Assembly (NCBI RefSeq): GCF_009914755.1
Contig: NC_060947.1
Length of the DNA stretch: 64,000 bases
Reading direction: 5' to 3' (one strand)
Source: the human T2T-CHM13v2.0 reference genome, Homo sapiens
Positions 1-19,075 of this stretch are shown in pieces; within the stretch, counting starts at the first letter, position 1; every line of letters begins with the position of its first letter. The notes beneath the pieces were generated by a model that did no database searches, was not told the DNA's origin, and worked only from the letters and a program-made list of their open reading frames with translations. The position numbers and the translations under genes were made by a program.

Positions 1-1899
1 TCATACTATATTTATATAGCAAGTCTTAAAATCAGGTAGTATGAGTCCTCTAAGCTACTTCTTTTCTCAGACTTGTTTTAGCTATTCTAGTTATCTTTAG
101 CTTATCTATTTAGCTCCAGTAACTATGTGCTTGTGGGTTATCTACCTTGCCATTTTATAAGATTAAATACAAGTATAGACTCCTCATTCGTGGTTTTACT
201 AAAAGAACACACTAGACATATAAAAAAGAGAAAATGTAATTTATTTTCTTTAGAGTTTTAACATATTCAGAAATTAAAAAGAATATGATGACATTCTCTT
301 CTTTATTGTATTGTACATAAGGAAACATCAACCTGGTGATTGATGGTGCTTATAAATTTGAATTTTCTGGCTTTGCCATGCAAGTTGCAAAAATTAGTGT
401 GTGATATTAATTACATTGTGTTGGGTGGAAAAAATTGCAACGTGGAAACACATATAAATCAAATGCAAATTAACGCTAAGTGAATAAAATTGTTTTAACC
501 TAAACGATTTGGTTATCTCTTTAATCAGTCAAATCTGACCCTAATTCTAGCATTTTATAAGTACAAGGATTGTAGTGGAAACTCACATTCCTTGCAGCAA
601 GAAAAATTATTTTTAATCCCAATATTTGTTAATGACAAATTCTGTGATTTTAGGCATATCTCCTAACTCCTCTCATATTCAGATTTCGCTTTTATACAAA
701 TGATATACTCACTGACTCATAAAGTCATAAGTAATATGGTACACATGTTATTCATGAATATGCCTGACAAATAGTAGGACATGTGTACTTATTGTTCTTA
801 TGCCCATGGGCCAATCAGTCTTATGTCCATGTCCATATGTCTTACGTCCATGGGCCAATCAGTCCATGAAAAACAAAATAAGGGAAACATTTGAAGGGAA
901 ATGGATAGAAGTCCTTTTCTGGCACTATCTCATCACTCCAAATTTTTATCGCATCCCCCTTGTTCCACTTCTTACCATTGAAAGAAACCACTCATGGAGT
1001 GGATATGGGAGGAATGAAAAATTGGACTGACTCATAGTAGCAAACAATCTACCTGATTTCAAGGTGAATATTTAGGATGAAATAGGCCAAAAACTGTCTT
1101 GTATTTGAACATCCATAAAACCAGTCCCTAGGTAGAAAGACATCATTGTCAGGATCACTACAATATTTCATGATTCTATCTCTTTACACCTGAATGAACT
1201 GTCAACTCCCCAAATTTGTTCCCTGTCCTTACCTTAAGCTCCATTTTGTTTCAGTTTCTGGCAGAACTTTTTCCTGTATAATGATTTTTAGCATCTTTGT
1301 TTGACATAAATGAGGCTTCTACCTCTGCCCAGTGTTACTCCTGACATTAATAGTTATTTTCACTGATATGAAAACACCTCCTCTGTTTAAATAACTCCAT
1401 TCTCCCAAGTCTTTTATTATAGAGCAAATGATCATCTTAAAATAATACTACTCATGAAATTATTTAAGCAGGCTAAGTACCTTATATGTGAGGTCAGATT
1501 TAAATATCTGATGTGTAGGAATTAGGACCCTCACTTTACAGATGAAAAAACAACTGGTAAGTGGTGGTTGACCCTAGATACGAACCCATAGATGTATGAC
1601 TTAAAAGCTTTTGCTGTCATCCAATACAGAATATATAAAACTCACGGCTAAATACTTGGCGTTGATATGTGATTTGCCAGAATTCCAACCTGCAATTCTT
1701 ATTCAGTCTCTTTCACTTTTTCATTGCAATTTATGTAATTCCTTTATTACTTATTAAAAAGTATTCTATAAGAAAAGTATACCTACTTACTGATTTCAGT
1801 TTATGAAAAGCTATTTCTTATTATTTATCTTTTATTTCAATACATAGATATATCATCATTTAATCATATTAGGCATATTTATCATTTGATCACACAATA

Positions 1900-2262
1900 G
1901 TATGGTAGGTTTGGCTCCCAGTGATCCTTGTTTCCTGGTACTCATATCCCTGTGCAATCTCTTTTCCTTGAATATGGATTGAACCTGGTGACTTTCTTCT
2001 AATGAACAGAATATGACAAAAGTGAAGGGTTGTCACTAGTCGATTAGGTTACAAAAGACTGTTCCTTCCATCTTGCTGGAACTGTGTATTTTGCTGTTAT
2101 TCTCTCTTGCCCTTTTGATGATAAAGCAAATGGCCATGTTGTGAGATGCTCTAAAGACAGGTCCTCATGTCAGGGAAACAATAATTGTGAGACAATACAT
2201 GTTGTTGGTTTAAGCCAGTAAAGTTTGGGGTAATTTGTCACACAGCAATAAGTAACTTACAC
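1900..2262 (+). mobile_element. Old MaLR LTR (MLT1 family)
   Basis: MLT1-like motifs ggccatgttgtgag and gttttaagcca-like...tttggggtaatttgtcacacagcaata. Confidence 0.6.
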
Positions 2263-2711
2263 AAAGAAGTTATTCATGCTATTTAAACCACTGTGCTCTG
2301 GTCATATGCTCTGGTCAGGACCACACATCAAAATGAAATGTGAATTTAAAAGAATCATCAAATAACTGAGGCTAAGGCCTGAAATAACCTTGGTAATTCA
2401 GAGGAATATATAGATTAGCATAACCTTTCTTTGCTCTTAGTAGATCAATATTCGAATAAACAGAGCAATGAGAAAAAAATATTTATCATTGAAGACAAAG
2501 AAAAATGTTATCACACATTTATAAATCAGTGAAAAAATTTTCATTCTCACTTCAAATCTTTGTCAAAAATGAGAACATACCCATGTTAAGATATTTACAG
2601 AGTGCAAATTGAGAGTTCCACAACTCTCCACTCCAAAAGAACTTTGTACACCCTCGTCCATGAAAAGATAAGTGTAGAGATATTTTTCTTTACAAACAAG
2701 ATTTTTTAAAT

Positions 2712-3298
<587 letters not shown>

Positions 3299-3899
3299 AA
3301 TAGCATTTTTTTTCCCTTTGTCTTATACAATCTTTTTTAAACATCTATCTTTGGCTTTGTTACATCATTCAAAGTTTTCTATGTCAATAAAAGAAACTCT
3401 ACTTTCTGTCCTCCCACACTTTTCTATAACGTAATTGTCTACTATCCTATTTTACCTGAAATATTTGAATTTTTGTACTCTTCAAGATATTATAATCAAT
3501 GTTGTAGCAGTGTTTTTAAATATAATTCGCTAAAATAACAGTTTCATCTCTATCCAAAAGAAGCACTTAAAAATCTCACATGTAAAATCAGAATATTTTT
3601 CCCTTGTTATACCTGGTCTTAGACAAACACAGGACATTCTGAATTTTATTTTAGGGGTTCAAGGTGCTGAAAACTCTCTATAATAAATAATGTTAATATA
3701 AAGTGATTGGAATATCAGCCAGATGTTTTTGTGTCATCCACAGGTTGATTGAAGTGGCACCCCCACTAGAGAATGAGAATAAAATCATATTTCTCCTAAA
3801 GCGCAAACTATAAAAGTGTTATGTAGTCATTCATCAAATATATATTATTTCCATATTATGTTCTAGTCACTGAATTCATTTGTAGCAGCATTATTAATT

Positions 3900-4075
3900 A
3901 AAAGATTATAGACTTTAGAGTCATACACACTTGAATTTTAATACTTGCTTCATTACATGCTAATAATTCTTCTAAATATCCACTTCTTTCATCTGTGAAA
4001 TGGGATAATAACAGTAATTACAGAGTTGTTTTGAAAATTAATTATGATTATATTGACACAATGCTCTTGATAAAA
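3900..4075. mobile_element. MIR fragment
   Basis: MIR core catctgtgaaatgggataataacagta. Confidence 0.55.
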
Positions 4076-4929
4076 TTGATAAATTGCCCTCAATTCCTAG
4101 CAATTATATTTAATAAAGTTCAGAGTATTAAAAAATTCAAAGCTTCTAATTTTCCTATATAAAATGAATATAGTGTCTATACTGACAGTTTGTATAATAT
4201 AATCTATGTAAATATATGACACAGTGTATATCCTTAATAGATACAGGGCCCCTCCGCCTCAGGTACTGTAAGATACAAAGATAGATGGCAGTTATTCTTA
4301 ATTTTTGCAACATATAAGTTCATGTAAGCATATTTACTGGTTTGTTCTCATTCATTAAGCCATTTATACATTCAAAATAACTTTATATGTGTTATACAAT
4401 TTGAATAAAATTATGAGATATATAGGACCTAGTATACCAATAAGAAATTGAAACTCCAAAGGTTAACTAATTTTCACCACCTAAAACTGCCCTTGAGTTG
4501 CAAAGCTAGGATGCAAATCCAGATGTGTGTAAGTCTAACAATTTTGATCTATTCACTTCAGTGCTAAATGTACAAGTTTAAGGGATGGGAGAAGGAGCAG
4601 GGGCTTTCAAATTGAAACAAAAGAATAACATGAGAAGCAGGAAAAACTAGAATCAAATGGGAAAGCCAAAGATACACTTTTAATATGAAGTAGAAGTTCA
4701 GTGAAATAGATGTATACAGTGTCCACTCTGATCAACCAGAGAGAGTGCACTAAGTCCGGATTGACAAACTCATGAGACATGTTAGACTTTACCCAACATA
4801 AAGTTTATTAACTTGAAGAAGGAATACAGGACAGACAGCAACACAGCATGCACAGCAACAACATAATCATCATTTTGTGATTCATAAGCACAAATTCCCA
4901 TGCCCCGGTCACTCCATCCTTAGAACATG

Positions 4930-5026
4930 TGTGTCCTACATCTAGTTACTGGAGTATTCTCTGTCACAGGCCTCATGGGTCTGAATATTTTGACTTGTTA
5001 ATGAAGTCATCAAAGGAATAGGCTAA
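4930..5026 (+). repeat. 97-bp dispersed direct repeat, copy 1
   Basis: 93/97 identical to 6365-6461. Confidence 0.9.
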
Positions 5027-6364
5027 GTCTCATACTAGATGAGATTGGATTGGCACTGACCACTTCAGTTCCAGAAACTCAGTGGCTCTGAAGTCTCTTC
5101 GACTTTTGTACCTTGCTAATCACATAGCTCCTTCAGAGTACAAAATTAGTATCTATTTTCTGGTGCAGTTGCATCTCATCAATACTAATTACTCATTACT
5201 TGATAAACCACTTTGACAATGAAGTGTAGGTGCTTAGTCTAGTTCCCAGTACTCAGAAGGACTTAATAGAATCCAACACACACCCATAATTCCTTGAATT
5301 AATGTTGCAAGTAAGATTGGACTAGATTCAAATCCTAAGACATTTTTGAAGATAGATAGAGAATGGTCACACAACCTACTATTATATCAGGAATACTGTG
5401 TCAATAGAACAATAGTTCAAGTGGTTTTTTTCTATCAGATATTAGGTGATAGATACAACATTCTGTCACTAGTAACAGTGGTGGCTTTTCACTGGCCTTT
5501 AGGAGGGCTGGAGAGGAGATATAGAGCATGTGAGAAAATCAGAAACTTTGGGATTTGAAACATCTTCCCCAGAGCTGAGATTTCAACATCATGCCATGTA
5601 CCTGTGTGACTACCATGGATTTCCCTCCTTTCCCTCAGTTGAATATTATTAAACTAAGTTCAGCACCTGACTTTGTATCCATGAGTTATTTGTAAGGATT
5701 TGTATAAAACTGCTGTCTGTTTAAAAACCTCTTTCAACTTTGAGCATAGCTATTGTTGTAAATCTGAGATATGAGAACATTCGTCAGCCAATTTGACATT
5801 TTGTGACTTATAAATAGTGACTATAATTCTACAGGAAATATTGTTGTAAATGAAAATTTAAAAAATATGAAAACAATTGCAGGTTGTCTAATGAACATTG
5901 CATTTTTAAAAATTCAACTTTGCATTTATGCCATTTCTGTGAATGTTCACTTATTTCTTCCCATTCTATGTGGGTACAGATGTAAATGTCAGTAAAATTG
6001 AGAATCAAGTAAATCACCATGATAAGATTTACTCTTTTGTTCTTTTGCTTACAACAAAATGTAAGTGTTAGTAAAGGGGAAAACATGAAGACTTGGCTTT
6101 AATTACCGTTTTGAACATCAATAAAAAGAGATTGTACAATAAAATAGAGCAAAAAGAAAGTGAATATGTGTATAATGGATGTATTTACTATTTATGGAAG
6201 TCATAATAATATCTATAAATAAAAGATCCTTTCAGTTAACATAGAATGAGGAAACATTGGTTCAAAAAATAAATAAGAGGCACTTTTCTTTCTTTTAATT
6301 CCCCATGCAAAGCCTACTTAATTAAATATATTTATTAAAATTTGATCAAAAAGCCCAAATTCTA

Positions 6365-6461
6365 TGTGTCCTACATCCAGCTACTAGAGTATTCTCTGTC
6401 ATAGGCCTCATGGGTCTGAATATTTTGACTTGTTAATGAAGTCATCAAAGGAATAGGCTAA
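6365..6461 (+). repeat. 97-bp dispersed direct repeat, copy 2
   Basis: 93/97 identical to 4930-5026. Confidence 0.9.
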
Positions 6462-7944
6462 CTTTTTCAGTTAAAACTGTTTGTTCCAAGATGCTCTGCA
6501 AAATATGCTCTAGGCTTTTCCAAGGCAACTCTTTCATTTTTTTTTTCTCTCTTAACTTAAAACTAAAGCCTCCCTGTCATGCTTAATTAAACATCTGAAT
6601 CAAATTAATTATTTTGTAACCAGAGTGGTGTGTAGGATGTAAATTTCAAATTTAGCATGGGGCATTAATTGAAGAGGCAGATTGTTCTTTATAAAATACG
6701 ATTATCTTTTTATGCCTTCAAAACTACAATACATAGAAACAGAATGGGCATGAAAACTTCCCAGACTCACATATAGAATAAAAAGGAAGGATTTTGTAAT
6801 ATGCTTAACAAAGAGAAATATATATATATATATCTTGAATATATATATATATCTTGAAGTCTTCTTGGACTTCAAGGAGCTGTATTACTATATATATATA
6901 TATGTAGCCAAATTTCTTTTTTGAAATTAGAAGCAGTTTTTCTGCTTTTTGTCAGTCATCTTTTGGTTTCTATGTAAGCTATATACCTGTCTACATAAGG
7001 AAATGCCTGATGAATTCTTCCTACTGAATTCTTATTATCATAGAACATCAAGAATGATTATTGTCAAAGAAAGCCTAATTTTGAAAAATGACATCCATCT
7101 GCTCAATATTTTATTGGCTTGCTGACAATTCACTTTGAGATAATCTGGGTCAGGGCCTAATACTTTGCACTGAAAAGCAAATTATGTAAATAGGCAAGTG
7201 GTTCATAGAATATTATACTTCAAGAGTACTAGCTCTTTCAGTTTTAAAGGAAGATCAGGAGTCAGAAGTAATGTGTACTCTGTGTCCTTAAGTTGATTTT
7301 CCTTAGTATCATCACAAGCAGTGTTTTTGCATTCTAATAGAGAAGATAATATTCAGAAGATTCAGCTACTAAAAAACCCCAGATCTTGTAATAGACAAGT
7401 GGAGCAAATATGCACAACAGCTAGGCTCCAAAGCTGTACAAGTTTCTGCTTGTGTCATGTAGAGTACTGTACCATACAGTTTTAAAATGTCAATTACTGT
7501 CATTTTACATTAAAAATAAAGCTTGCAAATGAAGTCTTAATCTCTTTAGTGTTGACAGCTTGTGGAGGGAAAGCTAGGCAATTTAACCACCTTAAATAAT
7601 TCCCAGAGCAGTTTCCCTTTGCAAAGGTAAATTGATTTAATTATCTCATCCTTGGAATCACTAGAATTTTCCCTTATACACAGATTGAAATTTTTCATGT
7701 GTACATTCAAACAGCTGTTCATATTTCATATTTCCAAGCATTAGAGGAACAGAACAGTTTGGCTCCATATAAAATCTTAGTTATCACTTATGAAATATTT
7801 TACTAAATTGAATAAAATAGAAAAACTGCATGCTCTAATAAATTAGAAGAAAGTTAAATTATCAATGCTTTAAAGAAGGTAATGTGTTATGATAACAAAC
7901 TATTTCTAAACATAAACTATGTGTTCCAGGGCCTTCTATTCAAG

Positions 7945-8145
7945 ATCTGAACTGGAGAATAAGTTCTGGCTCTGCCACTTGATTGCATAGCAACCTTGAG
8001 GAAAGTCATTTATATATTTTGTGCCTGAGATTATTTATCCAAAATGTAAAAGTGGCGATAATTTTACCTGTCCAAACTATCTAATAGGCAACTTATGTAG
8101 ATAAAAATGGAGTCAATGAATGTAAAAACTATTTGCCAACTGTGA
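7945..8145. mobile_element. MIR fragment
   Basis: tggctctgccactt...accttgaggaaagtcattt...tgtgcctgag. Confidence 0.5.
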
Positions 8146-8340
8146 AGTGAAGACAAGAGTGGTTAAAAAGTGGTAGCTTTTCTCTGTGCCGGTAGTGAAC
8201 TATCTGAGAAAGAAATCAGGAAAGCAATTCCATTTACAATAGCAACAACAACAACAAAAAACCTCTAGAAATAAACTTAACCAAGGAGCTGAAAGATATT
8301 TACAATGAAATCTATAAAACATTGATGAAAGAAATTGAAT

Positions 8341-9023
<683 letters not shown>

Positions 9024-9105
9024 GACATTCTTCACAGCAACAGAAAAAAAAATCTTAAAATTCATGTGTAAATGCAAAAGACCTCAGACAGCCAAAACAA
9101 TCTTG

Positions 9106-9140
<35 letters not shown>

Positions 9141-9748
9141 AAAGCTGGAGACATCACACTACCTGACTTAAAAATATACTAAGCTACAGTAAACAAAACA
9201 GATCAGTACTGGCATAAAAACAGACACGCAGACCAATAAAACAGAGTGCACAACCTGGAAATAAATTCATGCATTTACAGCCAACTTGTTTTTGACAAAA
9301 ATGCCAATAACAGACATGGAGGAAAAGACAGTCTCTTCAATAAATGGTGCTGGGACAACTGTATATCCACATGCAGAAGAATGAAACTAGACCCCTATCT
9401 CTCACCATACACAAAATCAACTCAAAGTGGATTAAATACTTAAATGTAAAACAAAAACTATGAAACTACTAAAAGAAAACATAGAGGAAACTCTTCATGA
9501 AATTGGGCTGGGCAAGGATATTTTGTGTAAGACCTCAAAAGCACAGGCACCTAATGCAAAAATAGACAAATGGGATTACATCAAACTAAAAAGCATCTTC
9601 AGAGCAATGGAAACTATCAACAGAGTGAAGAGGCAACCTACAGAATGGGAGAAAGTATTTGTAAACTATGTATTTGGTTAATATCTGGAATATATAAGGA
9701 ATGCAAACAACTCAATAGTATAAAACTAAATAATCTTATTAAAAAATG

Positions 9749-10048
<300 letters not shown>

Positions 10049-10452
10049 GGGAACAAAGTCCTGCATAGACATTTTTCAAAATAATACATTGAAATTTCCA
10101 ACAGATGCATGAAAAAATTTTCAGCATCACTAAACATAAGGAAAATTCAAATCAAAACCACATTGATATATTACTGTACCCCAGTCAAAATGATTATTAT
10201 CTGAAACACAAAATAATAACAAATGCTGGTGGGGCCATTGAGAAAGGAGAACTCTGAATCACCATTGGTGATGGAAGTTCCTCAAAGAATTAAAAATAGA
10301 ATTACCACATGATCCAGGAATCCCACTACTGGGTATATATCGAAAGGGAATGACATCAGTATGTTGAAGAGATATCTTCATTCCCATGCTTGTTGCAGCA
10401 CTATTCACAATAGCCAATACATAAATGCCCATCTATAGATAAGTAAAGAAAA

Positions 10453-10650
10453 GTGTATATGTACACATATGTATATGTATGTGTGTGCATGCACACATAT
10501 GTACATGTATGTACCTGTGCGCACATATGTACATGTATGTGTGCTATGTACCTATATGTGTGCATATGTACACATATGTACATATATGTGTGCATATGTG
10601 CACATATGTGTATATGGTAATTTCCCTCATTTGTCATACACACACACACA
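10453..10650. repeat. Degenerate (TA/TG/CA) alternating purine-pyrimidine repeat
   Basis: Repeated tatgtacacatatgt-type units. Confidence 0.85.
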
Positions 10651-10686
10651 ATGGAATACTACTCAGCCATAAAACAGAGTGAAATC

Positions 10687-11083
<397 letters not shown>

Positions 11084-11650
11084 TCATAAAAAGACAAATA
11101 CCACATGATCTCACTCATATGTGGAATCTAAAAAGGCTGATTTTATAGATTGAGAAAGTAGAATAGTGGTTACTAGAGGCTGAGGAGGGTAGAAAGGAGA
11201 GGGGGAATGGAAGAGGTTGGTCAGTGGGTACAACGTTACAGTTAGGAAGAATATTCTGGTGTTCTATTACACAGTAGGGTGACTACAGCAAATAATAATC
11301 TAGCATATATTTCAAGATAGATAGAAGACTTTGAATGTTGCCACCACAAAAAATTTATGTTTAAAGTCACAGATATGGTAATTTCCCTGATTTGATTGTT
11401 ATATAATATATACATGCATTGAAGCATCATACTGTACACCATAAATATTTACAATTAATTTGAGGCTTTTTTGGCATGAGCTTTTGTCACTTTATTGTTA
11501 ACCAATGAATATTATCCAAAATTAGAGATGTAATTGTAACTTAATTGTACAACACAAAATTATGCTAATGGTCAAAGCCTACTGGGATTTACCAAATACT
11601 CATAAGTGTATTTTTACATTGACTATATGAACATGTGCTCAAGACTGCTA

Positions 11651-11919
<269 letters not shown>

Positions 11920-12747
11920 TTAAAAATGGATTAAATCCATTTTAATCCTAATCTACAAATAGATCATAAACAGCAAAATATATCTGATAATTTTTCAAGC
12001 TATGGTAGTGCACATAATTCAAAATGAGGAAATCCAATGAAAGTTCAGGTTTTTATGTATTATGGCAATTGCTTTAAAGTGAACATTTATGTTTCAAAAC
12101 ATGAATAGTAAGGGTCCACCATCCATTCCTTTGATGTACTGCAGGTAGGAACATTCTCTTCCATAGGATTCTGAAGCATGTGCACAACTATGGTACAACA
12201 GTCACTTCAAGGTTAACCAGCTACGTTTTGTCCTACAAAGTTCAAAAAATATATTAAATGCAACCTTTCTTTTTCATAATGTCTGCCCAGATTAATCCTT
12301 TTAAAGTCAGCAAAATCAAAAAAGTACAAGAGTTATTTTCAGACACAACTTGAATCTACTGTGTATGAAAATGTTTAATAAAATGGCAATTTTAATAGAT
12401 AAATGTAAATTTGAGTGTGTAACACCAAATGGAAAGTAGCTGAACCCCACAGAGTAAACAAGGCTTTACGTTATCTCCAAATTTAGCTGTTTTACAGTAA
12501 ACAAAGTATTAGAACATGTGAATATTAGAGCCTCCTAACTGGAAAGATTTCTTCAGTAAGATATAATGGAAATTAATATAAACTAAAATTATAATTTCTA
12601 AAATAGAATTAACAAACCAAATTTAAGTATTTTTAGTTAGATACTGGAAAAAAATAAGCACAGTGATCTAGAAACCAAATATACTAAAATGATTATGTAA
12701 CTATCATATCAAGGTACAGACATTCTTCATATGCTACAAGGTTAGCA

Positions 12748-12800
<53 letters not shown>

Positions 12801-12832
12801 TACTCTCTCTCTCTCTTATTCTCTCTCTCACT
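12748..12832. repeat. Compound (TC)n(CA)n(TC)n microsatellite
   Basis: Direct read. Confidence 0.95.
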
Positions 12833-14066
12833 CTTCCTCAGCCATACGACACCCCTCCAAGATGATAGTATACCAGTGAGGAGCTTACAATTTTAATACA
12901 AATCAGAATCCCACAGTTTGGCTCAATAAAAAGGCAGTTAAACATTTGGCACTTTAAGATATTCTGAGGGAAAATGAAATTTCAAAAGTATTTCTCGATG
13001 ATTGAGACTATCGTTATGAATTATAAAACATATAGCTTACACACTCCGTTGTGTTTGAACAACCAGTCATCAGAGGTGTAGTAGTGAGGTAGTATTGTCA
13101 TCCCCTCCTCAGGACTGACGTTTTTATATGCTGCCCTTCCAGAAAGGTCCAGGTTTTAAAAAATAATTAAAATCAGTTACCAACAAATGTATACTTTGTT
13201 TTATTAATAATCTGTTTTTCTAAATCAGTCTATAAAAGAACAAGACTTTTAAAATCATGCAGAGACTGTTTCATCAACAAACTCTCCTAGGGAACTACTA
13301 CTGCTGTCCAAACCTCTGTGAAATGGTAGGCAAAAAAAGCCATCAAAGGATTACAGGAGATAATACACCAATCAATGTAGCTGTTAAAGATGACTGTGAT
13401 TAGATAACCAAATGTCAAATATCCAATTAGGTAATTAAATTTGGATTAAAAAAACTAACCACCAGCTGTACATACATTATTAAATGTTCTAATCTTTTTC
13501 ATTATTCATAAACATATTCTACATAATGATCCAAGACTGTCTACTGTGCTGCTTACCATCATTTTAAACACTGCCTGATCTGTATGATGGTGGAATTATG
13601 GCTATGGGCATGGCAGATATGAGAAGGGCACACTGAGAAAATGTGAGCAAGAGAGAATGTGGAAATATATACAGGTTAAATATGGAAGAGGCAAGGGAAA
13701 TCCATTAAAATGTTCACCATTATCATTTAAAATGTGCATAGAACTGAAACCACACATACGCATTTGTCAGACATGCTAATTAGTGTTAACCTTCAACAGA
13801 AAAAAAAAAAAAGAAAAGAAAGAATGTGAAAGGAAGCAATGGAACACCATTCTCCATTCCCTGGACCAAAAGAAAAAGAAAACCAAGCATGATATCATAC
13901 TTCCTTAATGTTGAAGAGCTCCCCTTAAATTTGTCTTTTAGCTAGCACAGTCAAACTGGTATAAGTGCTTTGGCGAGGTGGGATGCATTCCACCGTATCC
14001 GCAAAGGCCTGCTTTTCTCTGTTGGTGGTTCAGCTTATGCAGAACATATATGCAAAATAACAGCTC

Positions 14067-14185
14067 TCACATTGCTTCAAACTCATCGATACACAGGTTT
14101 GTATTGCCTTGTCGAATCTGTCGCAGAGTCTTGTACTTATCACGGCCTGCTTTAACATTCTCAGCATGAAGAACATCATTTTGTG
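14067..14185 (-). pseudogene. RDX: C-terminal F-actin-binding tail of the RDX retrocopy (non-inverted part)
   Basis: Minus strand translates to [38 protein letters not shown], matching the radixin C-terminus; stop at 14067-14069. Confidence 0.95.
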
Positions 14186-16067
<1,882 letters not shown>

Positions 16068-16630
16068 AATTTGAGGCTTTTAATCTGATTTTTTTAAAGG
16101 TTAAATACGAACAATTATCATGTCATCTATAAATTTCAAAAAATAATGAAAAAGGATGTGTGAATTAATTTTTTCTTATGATATTTTAATTATATACTTT
16201 TTTTGAAATATTAAATTGGTAAAACCAAATTGTCAAATGTAGGATGCATTAAAATATTGATAAATTAGATGAAAGAAAATTCCAATGTTTATGTAAAATT
16301 TGGTTTTTAAAAATATAACATTCTTCCCATTTAGTTACTATTTCTCTATTTTATGTATTATATTCACTTGGAAAATTCTATCAATACAACAAAACAAATG
16401 TTTAATGTAAAACTTCAATCAAATTGACCATTATTTTGTCTTCAAAAATCAATTTATTTAATTTAGTCAATTTTTTAACTTCCTAATAATATTTTTTAAA
16501 AGAGACAACTTGATTTCAAGGTTTGATTTTGGGAGAAGATTAACGTCATGAATATTAAACCCCAATATTCATTATTTAGCAGGTTTATATTTAGAATTAC
16601 ATTGAGAGATTTAAAAAGCTGTAGAGAACA

Positions 16631-16784
16631 TTAACGTAATCAATGGCAAGTGCAGAGCTAAATGATTTCTGTCAAATAATATTAGTGCATTTTGAAAGTT
16701 TCATAACCTTAATGTAATCAATGGCAAGTGCAGAACTAAATGATTTCTGTCAAATAATATTAGTGCATTTTGAAAGTTTCATAA
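16631..16784. repeat. Tandem duplication, 2 x 76 bp (period 78)
   Basis: 16631-16706 versus 16709-16784, 2 mismatches. Confidence 0.92.
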
Positions 16785-18320
16785 ATGGCTAAATTAAGGT
16801 AAGAATCGTTTTAACTCTTATCTTTCATCAAATATCTTCTATTTTCAATCAGTACTGCTGTGTTATGCCTTTTAAGTTGACAGAATGAATAATTTCTTCT
16901 GTCTTCAAATAAAAAATGTCCAAAACATTAATAAAATACAAAGGTCCATTTCTGACCTTGCAAGTGTATGATAGGCTGTATATAACAATATCCTATCTGT
17001 TAAATAATAAAGAAATACTTCTTGCCCTGATAAAGTTAGATGTTAAGAAATTGTGTCAATAGCTGAATAATACGTCTCTATTGTTATCTATCTAAATTCA
17101 GAAATAAAGGTGTCAAGAATTGTAGGCCATTTTCTTCCTAGAAATTTCTGGAGAGAATGTGAATTTAATCCAGTCAGATTTTGTTCTCAAAATATGAGAA
17201 CTTTCAGGCAGATATGTGCATTTCTAAGAATATATTGGATTTGTCAGGGGAAAACAGTTTATTTCCATATGAATATTTTCACAATATCCTGTAACAGTTG
17301 GCAGTGTAAGTATAAGTTTCCAACAGATACATTCAAGTGTTTTATGAAATTATTAAGTTATAAAAACGATAATTGTAAACTTTATTAAACTCATTTGTTC
17401 TTATATATACACATGAATTCAATTAAGATTTAATACAAATTAAATACATTTCTTTACATAATCTTCAGATGGCCATTACCACCATGTGACATCAAGTAGA
17501 CTTGCTGCCCATATTTTTGCCTTATTTCCAAGTTTCAAATAATTTTTCCGTCACCAGAATTCTTTCAAAAAACATCTTCTAAAATAAATTTGGTTGTACT
17601 GTATAAAGAAAAACTCTTCTGTGTCTGTTAAGTTGCCACATTCAACTTCAATTTTCAATCCTGTGCTTTGCCATACATCTTTAGAAACAGCTTAGGATTT
17701 TACACATCTCTGTCTCTTCCAAGCTATTTCATTCTCTGCTGCTTACTCTGAAGTTCTGAAGTTAAGCTTTAATCTCCATAAAGCATTTCAACAGAAGGTA
17801 AAAGAAGGAACACTTCAACAGTTGCACAGAAAACTATGGAGAACGCTGTGAAATATTGGAATACGTGGTTTCACTATTTAGTTAAAGACTGATGTTTTGT
17901 GGAGTTTTATAAATATATTCACAGTATACACCATGAAAATATTTATATATAAATTGATTTTTTGTCATCTCACAATTGTAGGAAATGAAAAACTAATGTC
18001 TTATTTTTGACATTCATAGCTACACATACTTTTGCTATTTTTCACAAAAACCTCTAAAAAGAGTAAAACTTTAGAATTAGAAAATGCGTCTATATTTATT
18101 AGAACGAAAAAGGTATATATGTATATACTAAGCATCCTATTTGCCTTTTTTGTAAATTAAATGGATTAATGTTGCTACTGATACATGCAAGATAATAGAT
18201 TTCAAGAAATCTCCTTGTAGACATGTTTTGCTGAAAGGGGGACATATGTTTGGGAAATATTTTATGCAAATTTGCCAAATAATGCTTCTCTTCACCTAAT
18301 AAATATTTCAGAAGCATTAG

Positions 18321-18737
<417 letters not shown>

Positions 18738-18739
18738 TA

Positions 18740-19075
18740 ATTTTTTTATTGTGGAAAGAAAACCACATAACATGAGAGTTACTCTCTTAATTTCTAAGTG
18801 TACATTACAGTACTGTTAACTATAGGCAAATGTTGGGCAGCAAAATTCTAGAACTTCTTCATTTTAAATAAACTGGATTTTAATAGCCATCAAAAAGCAA
18901 TTCCGCATTTCCCCTGTTACCAGACCCTGGAGACCATTATTCTACTCTGTTTCTATGAATTTGACAAATCATACATCATTTGTGCTTCTGTGACTGGTTT
19001 ATTTCACTTAGCATAATGTCCTCAAAACATGTCATCCATGTTGTAGTACATGACAGAATTCCCTTCTTCTTAGTA
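18740..19075 (-). mobile_element. Old L1M 3' end
   Basis: accattattctactctgtttctatg...tttatttcacttagcataatgtcctc. Confidence 0.75.
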
